From Octopus vulgaris (lineage: Eukaryota), in NCBI GenBank assembly GCA_951406725.2, contig OX597828.1, forward strand, positions 72,478,001-72,542,000: a stretch of 64,000 bases of DNA. The letters run 5' to 3'. Positions 1 to 14,697 of this stretch are shown piece by piece (position 1 is the first letter of the stretch; each line of letters opens with the position of its first letter). Position numbers and translations under genes: made by a program. Below the pieces are notes generated by a model that was given only the letters and a program-made list of their open reading frames with translations, did no database searches and was not told where the DNA came from.

Positions 1-93
1 TGTGTGATATTTAGAATACAATATATTTATATGCACACCACAAATACATGTATATGAACACACACACACATGCATATATATCTATGCATATAC

Positions 94-126
<33 letters not shown>

Positions 127-197
127 CATATATATATGCATGTATATATATATATATGTGTGTATGCATATATACATACAAACATACATATATATAT

Positions 198-263
<66 letters not shown>

Positions 264-270
<7 letters not shown>

Positions 271-725
271 TAAATTAGAGATAAAACCACTATTAGGCAA
301 ATCAAACAGTGAAAATCATAAGCCAATACATAGAAATAAAATTAATTAAAAAAATATAAAATATAAAATATTAAACTTTTAATACTTTTTGATAGTTTAT
401 AAAAAAAAAAAAAATAAAAAAAAAAAATTAAATAAAATAATAATAATAAAAATATATATATATTTATAATTTATAAGTTTAAGTTATTAATTTAAATAAT
501 TTAAAAAATTTTTAACTTTAATTTAAATATTTTAATTGGATTTTTATATTTTATATTTTTTATATATTTTTTAATTAATTTTATTTCTATGTATTGGCTT
601 AAGTTTTTCACTGATTCACCTAATAGTGGTTTTATCTCTAACTTAATATAATATATATTTATACTATAAAATTAGATTTAATCCTAAATCTAATTTTTCC
701 CTGTAAGTTTGGATTAACTCCCAAA

Positions 726-730
<5 letters not shown>
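264..730. mobile_element. TA-embedded fold-back repeat, putative Penelope-like element (PLE) remnant (family X)
   Basis: 264-365 (ttagagataaaaccactattagg...aagccaatacatagaaataaaattaattaaaa) is the reverse complement of ~560-655. The same motifs recur at 23447-23490 and 33365-33820, and the latter copy carries a hammerhead. Confidence 0.6.
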
Positions 731-820
<90 letters not shown>

Positions 821-1321
821 AATATAAGAGAGTGGTCACTATGTGGCTCACTCCTTATTAATTAATTATATATATATATATATATATGCATATATATGTA
901 TATGTGTGTGTGTGTTTGTATATGCATGTATTTGTCGCGTGTGTATAAATATATTGTACTTCAAATTAAATACAGAAGCAACAGATCCAACGTCCTTCGA
1001 ATAATATCTCACAGCCTAGAATAATATCTCACAGCCTAGCAATATGCCGCATCGGTTTTGGTGGTTTTGGATACCTACAAACGTTGACCATGATCAGCTC
1101 TACTATAAAAAAAGCTGACCTTCTAAAAAAAAAATTTGACGACATAACAAAAGCATATATGACCAACACAGCTATTTCATATGATAAAAAAAACAAAAAC
1201 TTTCTCCATTCTATGCTTATATTAAGTTCATGTTGTTCTATCACGGAGGCCAAATTCCATGCATAAAAACAATAAAGAATGCCCGAAAGATTATTGTAGA
1301 AATTAGAGTTGCTTTTCTTAA

Positions 1322-1731
1322 TACTCTTTACTCTTTTACTCTTTTACTTGTTTCAGTCATTTGACTGCGGCCATGCTGGAGCACCACCTTTAATCGAGCA
1401 ACTGAACACCGGGACTTATTCTTTGTAAGCCCGGTACTTATTCTATCAGTCTCTTTTGCCGAACCGCTAAGTGACGAGGACATAAGCACACCAGCATCGG
1501 TTGTCAAACAATGCTAGGGGGACAAACACGGACACACAAACATATATATATATATACGTACATATATACGTTGGGCTTCTTTCAGTTTCCATCTACCAAA
1601 TCCACTCACAAGGCTTTGGTCGGCCCGAGGCTATAATAGAAGACATTTGCCCAAGGTGCCACGCAGTGGGACTGAACCCGGAACCATGTGGTTGGTAAAT
1701 AAGCTACTTACCACACAGCCACTCCTGCGCC
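1322..1731 (-). mobile_element. tRNA-derived SINE family A (CORE-like), full length
   Basis: The minus strand has A-box TGGCTGTGTGG, B-box GGTTCAGTCCC, a CCTTGGGCAA(A/G)TGTCTT CORE-like block and a (GAGTAAAA)n tail. More than 15 related copies occur in the window. Confidence 0.9.
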
Positions 1732-1930
1732 TATCTTCATTCTTTACAATTCTTTAAAAATAGTATTTTTATGATAATGAACGATCTAGTTTCCGTTGAA
1801 AAGTTCTTTCTGTAATTAGTGTTAAAAGGAATTGAGCAGAATTTTCTCCTTTTTAAAAACTTAATGTTATTTTTAATGGAAAAACTCAGCTACAGTCTAC
1901 CTTTCCTTGTATATTTGAATATGTATGTGT

Positions 1931-2121
<191 letters not shown>

Positions 2122-2296
2122 CCAAAGAATACGTTCTGGGGTCTGTTTGCTCGAGTAAAGGCGGTGCTCCAGCATGGCCGTATTCAAATGACTGAAACAA
2201 GTAAAGTGAAGAGATTTATGCATATATAAATATCATATATCATATATATATATGCATAATATTAGTAATAACAATAACGTCGTATTATCATTACGA

Positions 2297-2375
<79 letters not shown>

Positions 2376-2389
2376 CATCATCATCATCA

Positions 2390-2426
<37 letters not shown>

Positions 2427-2434
2427 CATCATCA

Positions 2435-2474
<40 letters not shown>

Positions 2475-2534
2475 CATTATTATTATTATTATTATTGTTG
2501 TTGTTGTTGTTGTTGTTGTTATTATTACTATAAG

Positions 2535-2730
2535 TTGGTGAGCTGGCAGAATCGTTATCACGCTGGACGAAATGCTTAGCGGTATTTTGTCCGCCTATTT
2601 TCGTTCTGAGTTCAAATTCCGCCGAGGTCGACTTTGCCTTTCATCCTTTCGGGATGAAACACTGGGGTCAATGTAATCGGCTGCTCCCCTCCTCAAAAAT
2701 TTCAGGCCTCGTGCATTTAAGAGAAAGGAT
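2535..2730 (+). mobile_element. tRNA-derived SINE family B (Deu/Nin-domain-like)
   Basis: GAGCTGGCAGAATCGTTA head, B-box GAGTTCAAATTC, and a GTCGACTTTGCCTTTCATCCTTTCGGG block resembling the Deu/Nin domain. A diverged copy follows at ~2915-3088. Confidence 0.8.
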
Positions 2731-3666
2731 CGTTATTATTGTTGTATTTTTGCGTTTTATTTCATCTTCCCACCTGGTCTCAACTTGAGACCAGGCCAGA
2801 GACCTGGAATCTCCTGAAAATTTGGGCGTTTGATGTCACCACAATTTGTTTAGTCTTACAAATTGTTGGTTTCATTGTACTATTATTATTATTATTATTA
2901 TTATTATCATATAAAGCAACCAGCTCGAGGAATCGCATATTGCTCAGCGGCATTTCTAAATGTTCTGAGTTCGATTTCCGCTGAGGTCCACTTTACCTTT
3001 TCCCCTTTCGGAGTTAATGGAATAAGTACCAGTTTAATACTGGAGCCCTCCCTCAATATTGCTGGGCTTGTGTTAGAATTTGAACCATTATTAATGTTGT
3101 TTTCCTTGTTCTTTTTGTTATTGCTGCTGTTGTTAACTGGGTTGAGCATTGGTAGAATGACAAAGGATCGTAAAAAAAAATGCCTCGCGTTACATCTTCC
3201 ATTTCTTCCCACTATATTCATATCCGAAGTCAGCTTTGATTTTTATCCCTCCGGGGTCGATAAGAGGAGATTTCAAAAGACTATAAATATCATCCAGGGG
3301 GTTTATTTCAGAGAGATTTGAGGAAAATTCGGCTCCAATTCCTAGTTGTTACAGCAATCACGCACTTCCCACGAGTTTTCAGAATGCGTTTATACTTCCA
3401 TACTTCCTAAGAATGTTTCGGTATGATGCTGTGGCATCTGCATGACATGACACCGATGTACTGTGTAGAAAATGAGAGAAAATACTCTGTCAGAAAGGGG
3501 TTTCCACTCCGAGTTATATACGACTATATATATATATATATACACACACACATCCATATATTCATCTTTATATGTATATATATAACACACACACACATAT
3601 ATATATATATATATCACGTGACCGACCAGACCATCAGATGTTGTTACACATCGCTGGTCACGATGC

Positions 3667-3775
3667 TAGTACTTATTCTATCGGTCTTTTTTTTCCGAAC
3701 CGCTAAGATACGGCGACGTAAACAGACCGCCATCGGATTTCAAGCGATGTTGGCGGGAAAAACACAGACACAAAA

Positions 3776-3853
<78 letters not shown>

Positions 3854-3978
3854 GACGGGCTTCTTTCAGTTTCCCTCTAGCAAACCCACTCACAAGGCTT
3901 TGGTCGGCACGCAGTGGGAATGAACCCGGAACCATGTGGTTTGTAATCAAGCTACTTACTACACAGCCACTCCTGCGC
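3667..3978 (-). mobile_element. SINE family A, partial
   Basis: Matches the 1322-1731 copy with an internal deletion and an expanded (CA)n/(TA)n tract. Confidence 0.85.
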
Positions 3979-3989
3979 TTGTATATATA

Positions 3990-4045
<56 letters not shown>

Positions 4046-4094
4046 TCCAATACAATATATATATTACAATATATATATAAATAAATATAAATAT

Positions 4095-4131
<37 letters not shown>

Positions 4132-4138
4132 TTGTTTG

Positions 4139-4170
<32 letters not shown>

Positions 4171-4230
4171 TACATACATATACATATTATACATATTATA
4201 CATATGATATATTATAATAAAATATAACAT

Positions 4231-4280
<50 letters not shown>

Positions 4281-4560
4281 ATATGCATACTTATTTGAAA
4301 TAAAATAAAATGGTGATATTGTAAATTTGGAGTCCAGAATTGTCCACTTGAAGTATATTCACCGAGCGTTAGGTTTAAGAAAGAAAGAAAGAAGCTGGGT
4401 CTAAAGAAGGTGACAAAGTCTTGATGGATATTAAGCGGGGCATCACAAATTGTGAAGTACTTTACATAAAAGGGCAACTGCAGGTAATGAGGCAGATTAA
4501 GGGCAGTGAACATAAAGTAGGGAACAAATCAAGGGGACAATGTGACAGGAAATACGATGC

Positions 4561-4662
<102 letters not shown>

Positions 4663-4773
4663 GAGTGACTCAAAAGCTGAGAGTACCATGCACTGGCACT
4701 TTCAAATGCATGGCACTCCCTGTTCGTGAGTCAGTCAGTACCTTCTGCCGAATAATGAATGAATCAATACACG

Positions 4774-5455
<682 letters not shown>

Positions 5456-5688
5456 ACAAAACATATACATACACACAAACATATAAACATACATGCATGC
5501 ACACATGCGTGCACACATGCATAAAATTTGAAACGAAAATCAGAACATATATTCACTGGAACCGATATAATTTTGTGAATTCCTGATAAACATTCTTACA
5601 AAACTTTGTTAGATACAATGCAGACAACATGGCGTTATTTCTCTCAACAAAATTTATCCTATGTTTACTATAAGTACATACATACACA

Positions 5689-5779
<91 letters not shown>

Positions 5780-6116
5780 GCATATATATTTATGTGTATA
5801 CATATATATATATATCTATATATATGTATATATGTGTGTATATGCGTATGTATATATTATATATATACATGTATATATTTGGATATATATATTTGCATCT
5901 ATGTATATATATATATATATTTGTATCTCTGTATATATATATATATATATCTATATACATATGTATATATGTATATAGAAATATATATGCATGTGATGTG
6001 TACATATATATATATATATATTCAGAAGAATTCTAACAAAAAAATATTACACCAATTGTTTTTTATGAGTGTTTCAATGTCTTTTTCATTGAAATTTTAC
6101 TGTCGTCTCAAAACAT

Positions 6117-6252
6117 TTGCCTTCCTACCAAACACATAGTTCTGGATTCAGTCTCACTGCATGTCACCATGGGCAATTGTCTTCTGTTGTAGTCTCCGGC
6201 CGACCTGATCCTTGTGGGTGGGTTTCTGTGACAGAAACTGAAAAAAACCCCG

Positions 6253-6308
<56 letters not shown>

Positions 6309-7022
6309 AAAGAAGCAACAAGAATGGATCAATAGATCGGTACATTTTTTCCTGTTTGTAATCACCCCACTTTGTCGCATGGTTAACACTATATAGATTT
6401 CTGGTGCATCCAAGTTAAGTACCATATTCATGTGAATTCATTAGAACTCACTTGAACCTTAATTGTTTAAACCGTATATATATATATATATATATAGAAG
6501 TGGCTGTGTGGTAAATTGCTTGCTTACGAACCACATGGTTCCGGGTTCAGTCCCACTACGTGGCACCTTGGGCAAGTGTCTTCTACTATATATGTATATA
6601 TATTAAGAGGTTGGAGTGGCTGTGTAGTAAGAAGCTTGCTTCCTAACCACATGGTTCAGTCCCACTGCGTGGCATCTTGGGCAAGTGTCCTCTACTGTAG
6701 CCTCGGGCGGACCAAAGCCTTTTGAGTGGATTTGGTGGACGGTAACTGAAAGAAGCCCGTTGTACATATATATGGATACGTATGTATGTAATTGTCTGTG
6801 TTTGTTCAATAATAATAATTTATTTAACTGCGGCCATGCTGGGTTACCACTTTGAAAGGTTTTAGTCGAAATTATTATTATTATTATTGAACAATATATA
6901 TATATATCTGTCAGAGAAACCCACCCACAAGTATCTGGTCGGCCGGAGACTACAACAGAAGACAATTGCCTATGGTGACATGCAGTGAGACTGAGTCCAG
7001 AACTATGTGTTTGGTAGGGAGG
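6117..7022. mobile_element. Cluster of SINE family A fragments (6117-6256 +, 6498-6589 +, 6614-6800 +, 6908-7022 -)
   Basis: Each fragment matches the family A head and CORE-like region. Confidence 0.8.
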
Positions 7023-7182
7023 GCAGAATTTCCATTTATTTCTTAGAAATGGAGCGAAATGTTTTGAGACAACAGTAAAATTTTAATGAAAAAGACATTG
7101 AAACACTCATAAAAAACAATTGCTGTAATATTTTTTGTTAGAATATTTTTTGTTAGAATACACACACACACACACACACATA

Positions 7183-7265
<83 letters not shown>

Positions 7266-7320
7266 AGAGAGAGAGAGAACAAAGTGTACGTACGCCGCTA
7301 TATTTATATATATATATAAA

Positions 7321-7539
7321 AAATACAAAAATGGGACAAGAACGCAAAACATCCAAATAGACGATACAAAAAACACGGACGGGTCATTCGAAGCCTTTAA
7401 TCTTCAGTCAAGAACCGGATCATCCTCGCAATTTCGGCTGATCCGGTTCTGGACTGAAGATTAAAGGCGTCGAATGACCCGTCCGTGTTTTTTGTATCGT
7501 CTATTTGGATGTTTTGCGTTCTTGTCCCATTTTGTATTT
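7321..7539. repeat. ~101-bp-arm fold-back element embedded in (TA)n, probable PLE-type remnant
   Basis: 7321-7422 and 7439-7539 are reverse complements with 2 substitutions and 1 indel. The loop is 16 nt (tcctcgcaatttcggc). Confidence 0.9.
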
Positions 7540-7551
7540 GATATATAAATA

Positions 7552-7666
<115 letters not shown>

Positions 7667-7891
7667 TACATACATATATATATATATGTATACACATATA
7701 TATGTTTATGTATTACATATAAATATATATCTATATCTAAATATTTATATCTTTGTATTTATGTATACATACATATATATATGTATATATGTATAAATGT
7801 TGTATATAATCTATATTACTATCTTACAGATACTCACACACACACATGTATGTATGTATGTATATATGTATGTATATATGTATGTGTATAT

Positions 7892-7948
<57 letters not shown>

Positions 7949-8382
7949 ATATAGTATATACTCGTAGAGACACTGGTGCTGTCTCCTACCTTATGTTATA
8001 ATAAACAATGCTATGTAACCGCTCATCTAAACTCCAGTTTCTTACAAAATAATATAAGTTCGTATTTTTAACCCTCATATAACTATTATAAATATCTGAA
8101 CAAAAACAACATTGCCTGAAACTTGCAATGATAAACGTTTATTTTATTATAATATAGAATGACACCGACAGCATCGTATTGAGAACATATCTGCGCTTGC
8201 AAAAGCCAAACTGCGAAGTCACTATGAACCTTATTTTTGTATAGAAATGTGTTTTATAAGCTACGTGTATTAACTGAAAAGTTGGCCTGTTTAGTGTATG
8301 GTTATAAAAGAAGAACCGCAAGAACACAACATGCCTCTCTGTTCCCCCCCCTCGCTCTCGCTCTCTCTCTACATATATACAT

Positions 8383-8439
<57 letters not shown>

Positions 8440-8500
8440 TAGAGATATAGATATACACACATACAAATATATATATATATACACAAATATATATATATAT

Positions 8501-8531
<31 letters not shown>

Positions 8532-8547
8532 CATACATATATATATG

Positions 8548-8579
<32 letters not shown>

Positions 8580-8591
8580 CATATACACATA

Positions 8592-8663
<72 letters not shown>

Positions 8664-8680
8664 CATACATTCATGCATAC

Positions 8681-8726
<46 letters not shown>

Positions 8727-8728
<2 letters not shown>

Positions 8729-9145
8729 TTCACTCGTTTCGGTCATTAGACTGCGGCCATGCTGGGGTACCGCCCCGAAGAGTTTTAGTCGAACTTTTTT
8801 AAAAGCCTGATAATCATTCTAGCGCTAAGTTACGGGGTCGTAAACAAACCAACACTAGTTGTCAAGTGGTGTTGGGGAACGAGCACAGGCACAAAGACAC
8901 ACACACACATATATATAGATGTGTGTATATATGTATATATAGATGAATGTATATATATAGATGTGTGTGTGTGTGTGTGTGTATACGATGGGCTTCTTTG
9001 ATTTTCCCTCTACAAAATCTACCTACAAGGCTTTGGTTGGCTCGTGGCTACAGTTGACAAAGTACCACGCATTAGGACTGAACCCGGATCTCGGAACTAT
9101 GTGATTGGTAAGGAAACTTCTTGACACCCTGCCACGCCTGCATCT
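8727..9145 (-). mobile_element. SINE family A, diverged
   Basis: Collinear with the 1322-1731 copy. Confidence 0.8.
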
Positions 9146-9333
9146 ACGTGTGTGTGTGTGTGTATGTGTGTGCATGTGTATGTGTGTGTATGTGTATGTG
9201 TGTGTGTGAGTGTGTGTATATATTTTGTCAGTTTATACACACACACACACATATATGTGTATATATATAAGCATACACGCACACACAGGCAACGCTAAAA
9301 CACACACGTATATATATATATATAATGAATGGA

Positions 9334-9400
<67 letters not shown>

Positions 9401-10160
9401 GTGTCTATCTATATCCACAGGGGCTATAGAATTAGACTACCATCTTGGATTAGGTCATATCTTTACATCATATTATCCATTACTGCTATTCTCTCTCCAC
9501 ATTATGTATGTCTATCTCATTATTCTTCCCCTTTTTGTATTCCTTTCTCAACATCCATTGTTCTTTGCTCTTCTACTACATATTTTTTTCCCTTTCTATA
9601 CAATCTGCAACCATATTCTGAAAAAGGCTAATGTCCAAAACCATATTACATCATTTTCCCTTTTGTTGAACGTCAAGTTAAGAACGTCCAAGTACCTAAC
9701 GCAATAAATCTCTTCTTTTGCACAAAATTACCCTTTTCATATGGAAAAGAAAAATCATGCCTGGCAGGACTTGTTGAGAATTCCAAAGAGAAGGGGAGAT
9801 AATTAGTAGATGATAAGTATATAATTCCCTGGAAGTGATGCGAGAGTTATAGACATACGTTTTTGTCTGTTTGAGCTCATCAGTTTAGTAGTTTGTAGCT
9901 GTGAATGTAGAAATATATTTTTTGACGTAAACAAAAGAAACCGATTTATCTATTTCCTGTCTTTCTGTCTGAACATCTCTCCCCCTTTCTCCCCCTTTCT
10001 CCACCCTTCTCTCTCTATGTATATATATATATATATAAACATATATATGAATACATATTTGTGTGTGTGTGTGCAGGTGTGTATGTCTATGTTTGTGTAA
10101 GCACACGTACAAATATACTTATACATAAATAGCTATCATTATATCTCTATGTATGTATGT

Positions 10161-10201
<41 letters not shown>

Positions 10202-10204
10202 CAT

Positions 10205-10251
<47 letters not shown>

Positions 10252-10272
10252 CAAAAATATGTGTGTATACAA

Positions 10273-10309
<37 letters not shown>

Positions 10310-10797
10310 CATACATAAGTGTTTTCACATAATTATGCGCACACACATTCATACATAAATGCATATAATTTCCCACGAAAAAAAAATATATACATATACA
10401 TATGTACAACATATGTATGTGTGTGTATGTGTCTGTGTGTGCATGTGCGTAAACACACATACAGGGTCTGATATACACATACATATATACATCCGCACAA
10501 AATCACTCTCAGTACCGACACGCGCATACATACATACACATATATTCTCGCGAATGTATCCGAAGAATGTCACAAAAACAAAGTTAATAAGATTTTAGGA
10601 TTTAAAATATGAAATTTAAACATTTCCGCAAAATGCAATTCTACATTGGAAATGCTGAAATCCCAGCATATCCCATTCTCTCACCCACTTAAAATCTACC
10701 AAAGACAAAAACCGTATTGTTAACAAAAGGATGTGCTCCAGCATGGTTACAGTAAAAAATGACTGAAACAAGTAAAAGAATAAAACAGTATATATAC

Positions 10798-10856
<59 letters not shown>

Positions 10857-11032
10857 TACATTATATCACTGCCGCGTATGACAAGATCCTTCGATGAAAC
10901 AGAGAATATTTTGTCGGATTCAAGTTCAAGAATTATTTTCATTTATATATAGAAGTATGTGCACTTATGTGTAGAATTACATGTGCACAGACACACATAC
11001 ACACACATATGTACACACACGCACACACACAT

Positions 11033-11088
<56 letters not shown>

Positions 11089-11128
11089 GCATACATATAT
11101 ATGTGTAGGGCGTATATATATATATATA

Positions 11129-11524
11129 CTAGCAGTATCGCCCGGCGTTGCTCGGGTTCGTAAGGGAAATAACTATATAAGCATTTTTAGAGTTATAGCC
11201 AAAAAATAGCAAAAAATGCATTAAAAATGGAAAAAAAATGATGGTAGCTTTTTTTTAAAATCGTTGACTCATCGTAGACATTTTTAGAGAGTTACTTCCC
11301 TTATATGATAGCGAAAAAAATGCATTAAAATGGAAAAAAATGATGGTAATTTTTTTTAAAAATCGGAGACTCATCGTAGACGCGCGCTAATACTCAGAAG
11401 GGCTCGATATGAATCACGACTATAAGATACCCGGTTTTGGTTAAACTGCACCACAAAATGCGGGAGTCGTTAGGAATCTAAATCGTAGGAGAAAGACACA
11501 CAACTCCACTTTTATATATAAAGA
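11129..11524 (-). mobile_element. Non-autonomous Helitron
   Basis: The minus strand starts TC(TTTATATATAAAAG) and ends in CTAG. A GC-rich hairpin (CCCGAGCAACGCCGGG) lies just upstream of the end. The element sits between A and T and has an internal ~110-bp direct repeat. Confidence 0.85.
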
Positions 11525-11615
11525 TATATATGCATGACTGTATGTATGTATATTGCAAATGGATGTTTGCGAGAAAATATTTCATTTGCTCAACGGTTAA
11601 AAGGAAGGCAATGAT

Positions 11616-11650
11616 TCCTAACGTTTCGGTGAAAGTCCGTCATCAGAAGA
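11616..11650 (-). ncRNA. Minimal type I hammerhead ribozyme motif
   Basis: Minus strand: tctt CTGATGA c GG actttca CC GAAA CG TT agga. Stem I is 4 bp (1 G-U), stem II is 2 bp, and stem III is the AACGTT palindrome. Confidence 0.55.
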
Positions 11651-12069
11651 GACCTATATGAAGAAAGCGTAAGAGGGAAAGGGACTGAGATTCACACAGA
11701 TACACACATATAATTGTATAATTCACAGGCAAACGACAATGGTTAAATAGTTGTTATCCGGGACGTCAATAAAAGTTAAGCAACTAAAAGATGAAGGTCA
11801 TTATATTCAAGAAAAACTCTTTGCAATAGATTGAAAATTTGAATAATTGTGATTTGTACAATATTTAAGATTAGATCGTACATCTATACTAGTGGGACGG
11901 TTTACATCCTGCTAGCTTGGCCACTGCCCAGTGCCATACTTTGGTTAATCATGGCAAAAATAGAAATTAACACCTAAATTTAGAATGCATTTTTTTAATA
12001 ACACAAGTGTAATAAAAATAATGATAATGAGGATGATGATGATGATGATATGATGACGGTGTTATCATG

Positions 12070-12570
12070 TACATTGTTTTGTCTTGGTATAAAAGATGGG
12101 CTACAGCAAATATTCTGCTCAATATCACAGATTTGCTTGTCAGTTGTTTGACCGTAACCAGTTAAGCATGTCCCTTAGTGGCTGACGATATGTGCATCTC
12201 TGATCACGAGCAGAAGTAGTGGGGGAGCATCATAGCCATGTGTTGAGAGGGATTCTTTGAGGTTTGAATAATTCACCTCTGGAAACATGGGTGGTTCTTT
12301 CAACATCCTTAAACAACCCTTATTCAGGGACCTTTTGAGCGGGATGGGCTACTCAACCTGAAGAAAATTCTAACTGGGCCCAACCTGCAAGGTCATGTGC
12401 TGTTTATCTTGATATGAGATCACAATGTCGCGCACATATTGTTGTGATGCATGTGCCTGGTGTACCCTTATCAGACGGGTATTCATGATGGGTATATTGG
12501 GCTTCGTATATTTTACCCCAGTGTCACTTTTGATGGCATGCACTGCTCTCTCACTCAATAATAATAATAA
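12070..12570 (+). mobile_element. Retroposon 3' end family D with (TAA)n tail, copy 1
   Basis: About 500 bp, highly similar to 12583-13045 and 57195-57428. Ends ...gcactgctctctcactc(aat)n. Confidence 0.8.
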
Positions 12571-12582
12571 GCAATTATTCAT

Positions 12583-13045
12583 CTTAATACCACAGATTAG
12601 CTTGTCAGTTGCTTGACCTTAACCAGTTGAGCATGTCCCTTATTGGCTGACGATATGTGCATCTCTGATCATGAGCAGAAGTAGTTGGGGAGCATCATAG
12701 CCATGTGTTGAAAGGAATTCTTTGGGGTTTGAATAATTCACCTTTTGGAAACATGGATGTTTTCTTCATCATCTTTAAACAACCCTTATTCAAGGACCTT
12801 TTGAATGGGACGGGCTACTAGACCAGAAGAAAATTTTAACTGGGCTCCACCTGCAAGGTCATGCGCTGTTTATCTTGATATGAGATCACAATCTCACGCA
12901 CATATGGTTGTGATGCATGTGCCTGGTGTACCCTTACCAGACGGGTAGTCATGATGGGCTTTGTATATTTGTACTCCGGTGTCACTTTGGTGGCACGCAC
13001 TGCTCTCTCACTCAATAATAATAATAATAGTAATAGTAATAATAA
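12583..13045 (+). mobile_element. Retroposon 3' end family D, copy 2 (tandem)
   Basis: Collinear with 12120-12570 and has the same (aat)n tail. Confidence 0.8.
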
Positions 13046-13130
13046 TCTTTTCGACGATAGGCACAAATTATTATAAAAATAATGATGATGATGATGATGA
13101 TGACGATGGAAAAATAACAACAACAACAAC

Positions 13131-13194
<64 letters not shown>

Positions 13195-13293
13195 CTTCCA
13201 AACGTGTTTTTCTAATTTCATGTAACAGAAAATCTCAAATGTATCATTCTAGTTACAAAGAACTACAAGGGCGTTATTAAACAGTTATGTATG

Positions 13294-13359
<66 letters not shown>

Positions 13360-13365
<6 letters not shown>

Positions 13366-13567
13366 GTTAATCCAAACAAGAAAACACAAAAAGCAAAAAA
13401 AAAAAAAACCAGCAACGCGAGGACGTGGAACAAATAAAGTATTATTGGACGCTCAGGAAAGAAGGGAAGAAGGAGGGTTTAGCGTTTCGAGCGGAGCTCT
13501 TCGTCGGAAACATAGGAGAAGGAAAGATCCCGAGAAGGGAAGACAGAGGAAAAAAAATCGGCAGCGG

Positions 13568-13570
<3 letters not shown>
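13360..13570 (-). mobile_element. TA-embedded PLE-like remnant carrying a variant hammerhead (13477-13511)
   Basis: Minus strand: gttt CCGACGA a GAGC tcc GCTC GAAA CG CT aaac. Flanked on both sides by (TA)n. Confidence 0.55.
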
Positions 13571-13606
<36 letters not shown>

Positions 13607-13867
13607 GTTGTATGTGCGTGATGTGTGTATGTGTGTGTGTGCGTATATGCAAATATACACATGTATATACATGCATATATATCACACAGTATACAGACAT
13701 GAGGTCTTAAGGGTATATTTCTCCAAAGCACTCCACAAATATTAATTTAAATAGAGAAACGTTTGGGGATAATAAAGTTTATATATCGAAAAGATTTAGG
13801 GAAAGAATGAACTCCTGTTATACTAAATAGAGCATACATGCCCCCATATATATATATATATATACAT

Positions 13868-13934
<67 letters not shown>

Positions 13935-13989
13935 CACTCTTTTACTCGTGTCAGCCATGCAGCCGTGGTCAAGCTGGAGCAACGCAATG

Positions 13990-14310
13990 GTGTTTCTGAC
14001 TTCCTCTACCTGGGTGTTTCACATCACCCCTCCTGTATGTGCCTTTGTCCCAGCTGTTGGTTCATCCGGCATTGTGGCGAGGAGGATGCCTGGTTCCTTT
14101 TTAAAGACCCCTACTTCCACCTTTTGCAAATTTCTTAATTTTTGTGGCGGGGCATTGAAAATTTGTGCACCTTTGAACCCTAGACTATTGCAGAACCTAG
14201 TGCTGAATTCAAAAGGACTGGTGGTAACTTTGGTACATTACAATGGTGGTCTTTTCTGGCATTTGTTCTAACAGTCAATGCAAAGTTAGGTACCAGCCCT
14301 TCTACGATTT
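13990..14310 (-). pseudogene. CR1/L2-type LINE ORF2 C-terminal fragment
   Basis: The minus-strand translation [49 protein letters not shown] resembles the FN.LP..LR...FK..LD..L..PD end of CR1 ORF2. Confidence 0.7.
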
Positions 14311-14613
14311 TCCATATGTATATTATTGCATATATATGTGTAAATACATATAGATCTGTATTTATATGTATGCATATATATGTATGTGTGGAATTGTCAG
14401 TATATATATATACATATATTTATATCTATATTTTATGTCAATCTGTCTGTCTATCTATTTATCTTCATAAATGTAGATTAATAGGCAGAAAGATAGATAT
14501 GTGTCTGAAGATTCGAGAGTTTCACTATGTTAAACAGGTGTCGTTGAAACTTTATTTTTGTCAATATATGAAGCGACACACACTCTTCTATCCCTCCCGT
14601 TTATTCCACCAAG

Positions 14614-14697
<84 letters not shown>

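Noticed and set aside
1000-1039. 20-bp tandem duplication aataatatctcacagcctag x2
   Set aside because: Only two units with no spacer. An ordinary slippage duplication, not an array.
9848-9888. Hammerhead-like CTGATGA GCTC...AAAA CGTATG TC (minus strand)
   Set aside because: GAAA is mutated and stems I and II are broken. Counted only as a decayed relic.
12178-12240. CTGACGA in family D, and similar single heptamers at 7454, 15401 and 23508
   Set aside because: No correctly placed GAAA/UH and stems.
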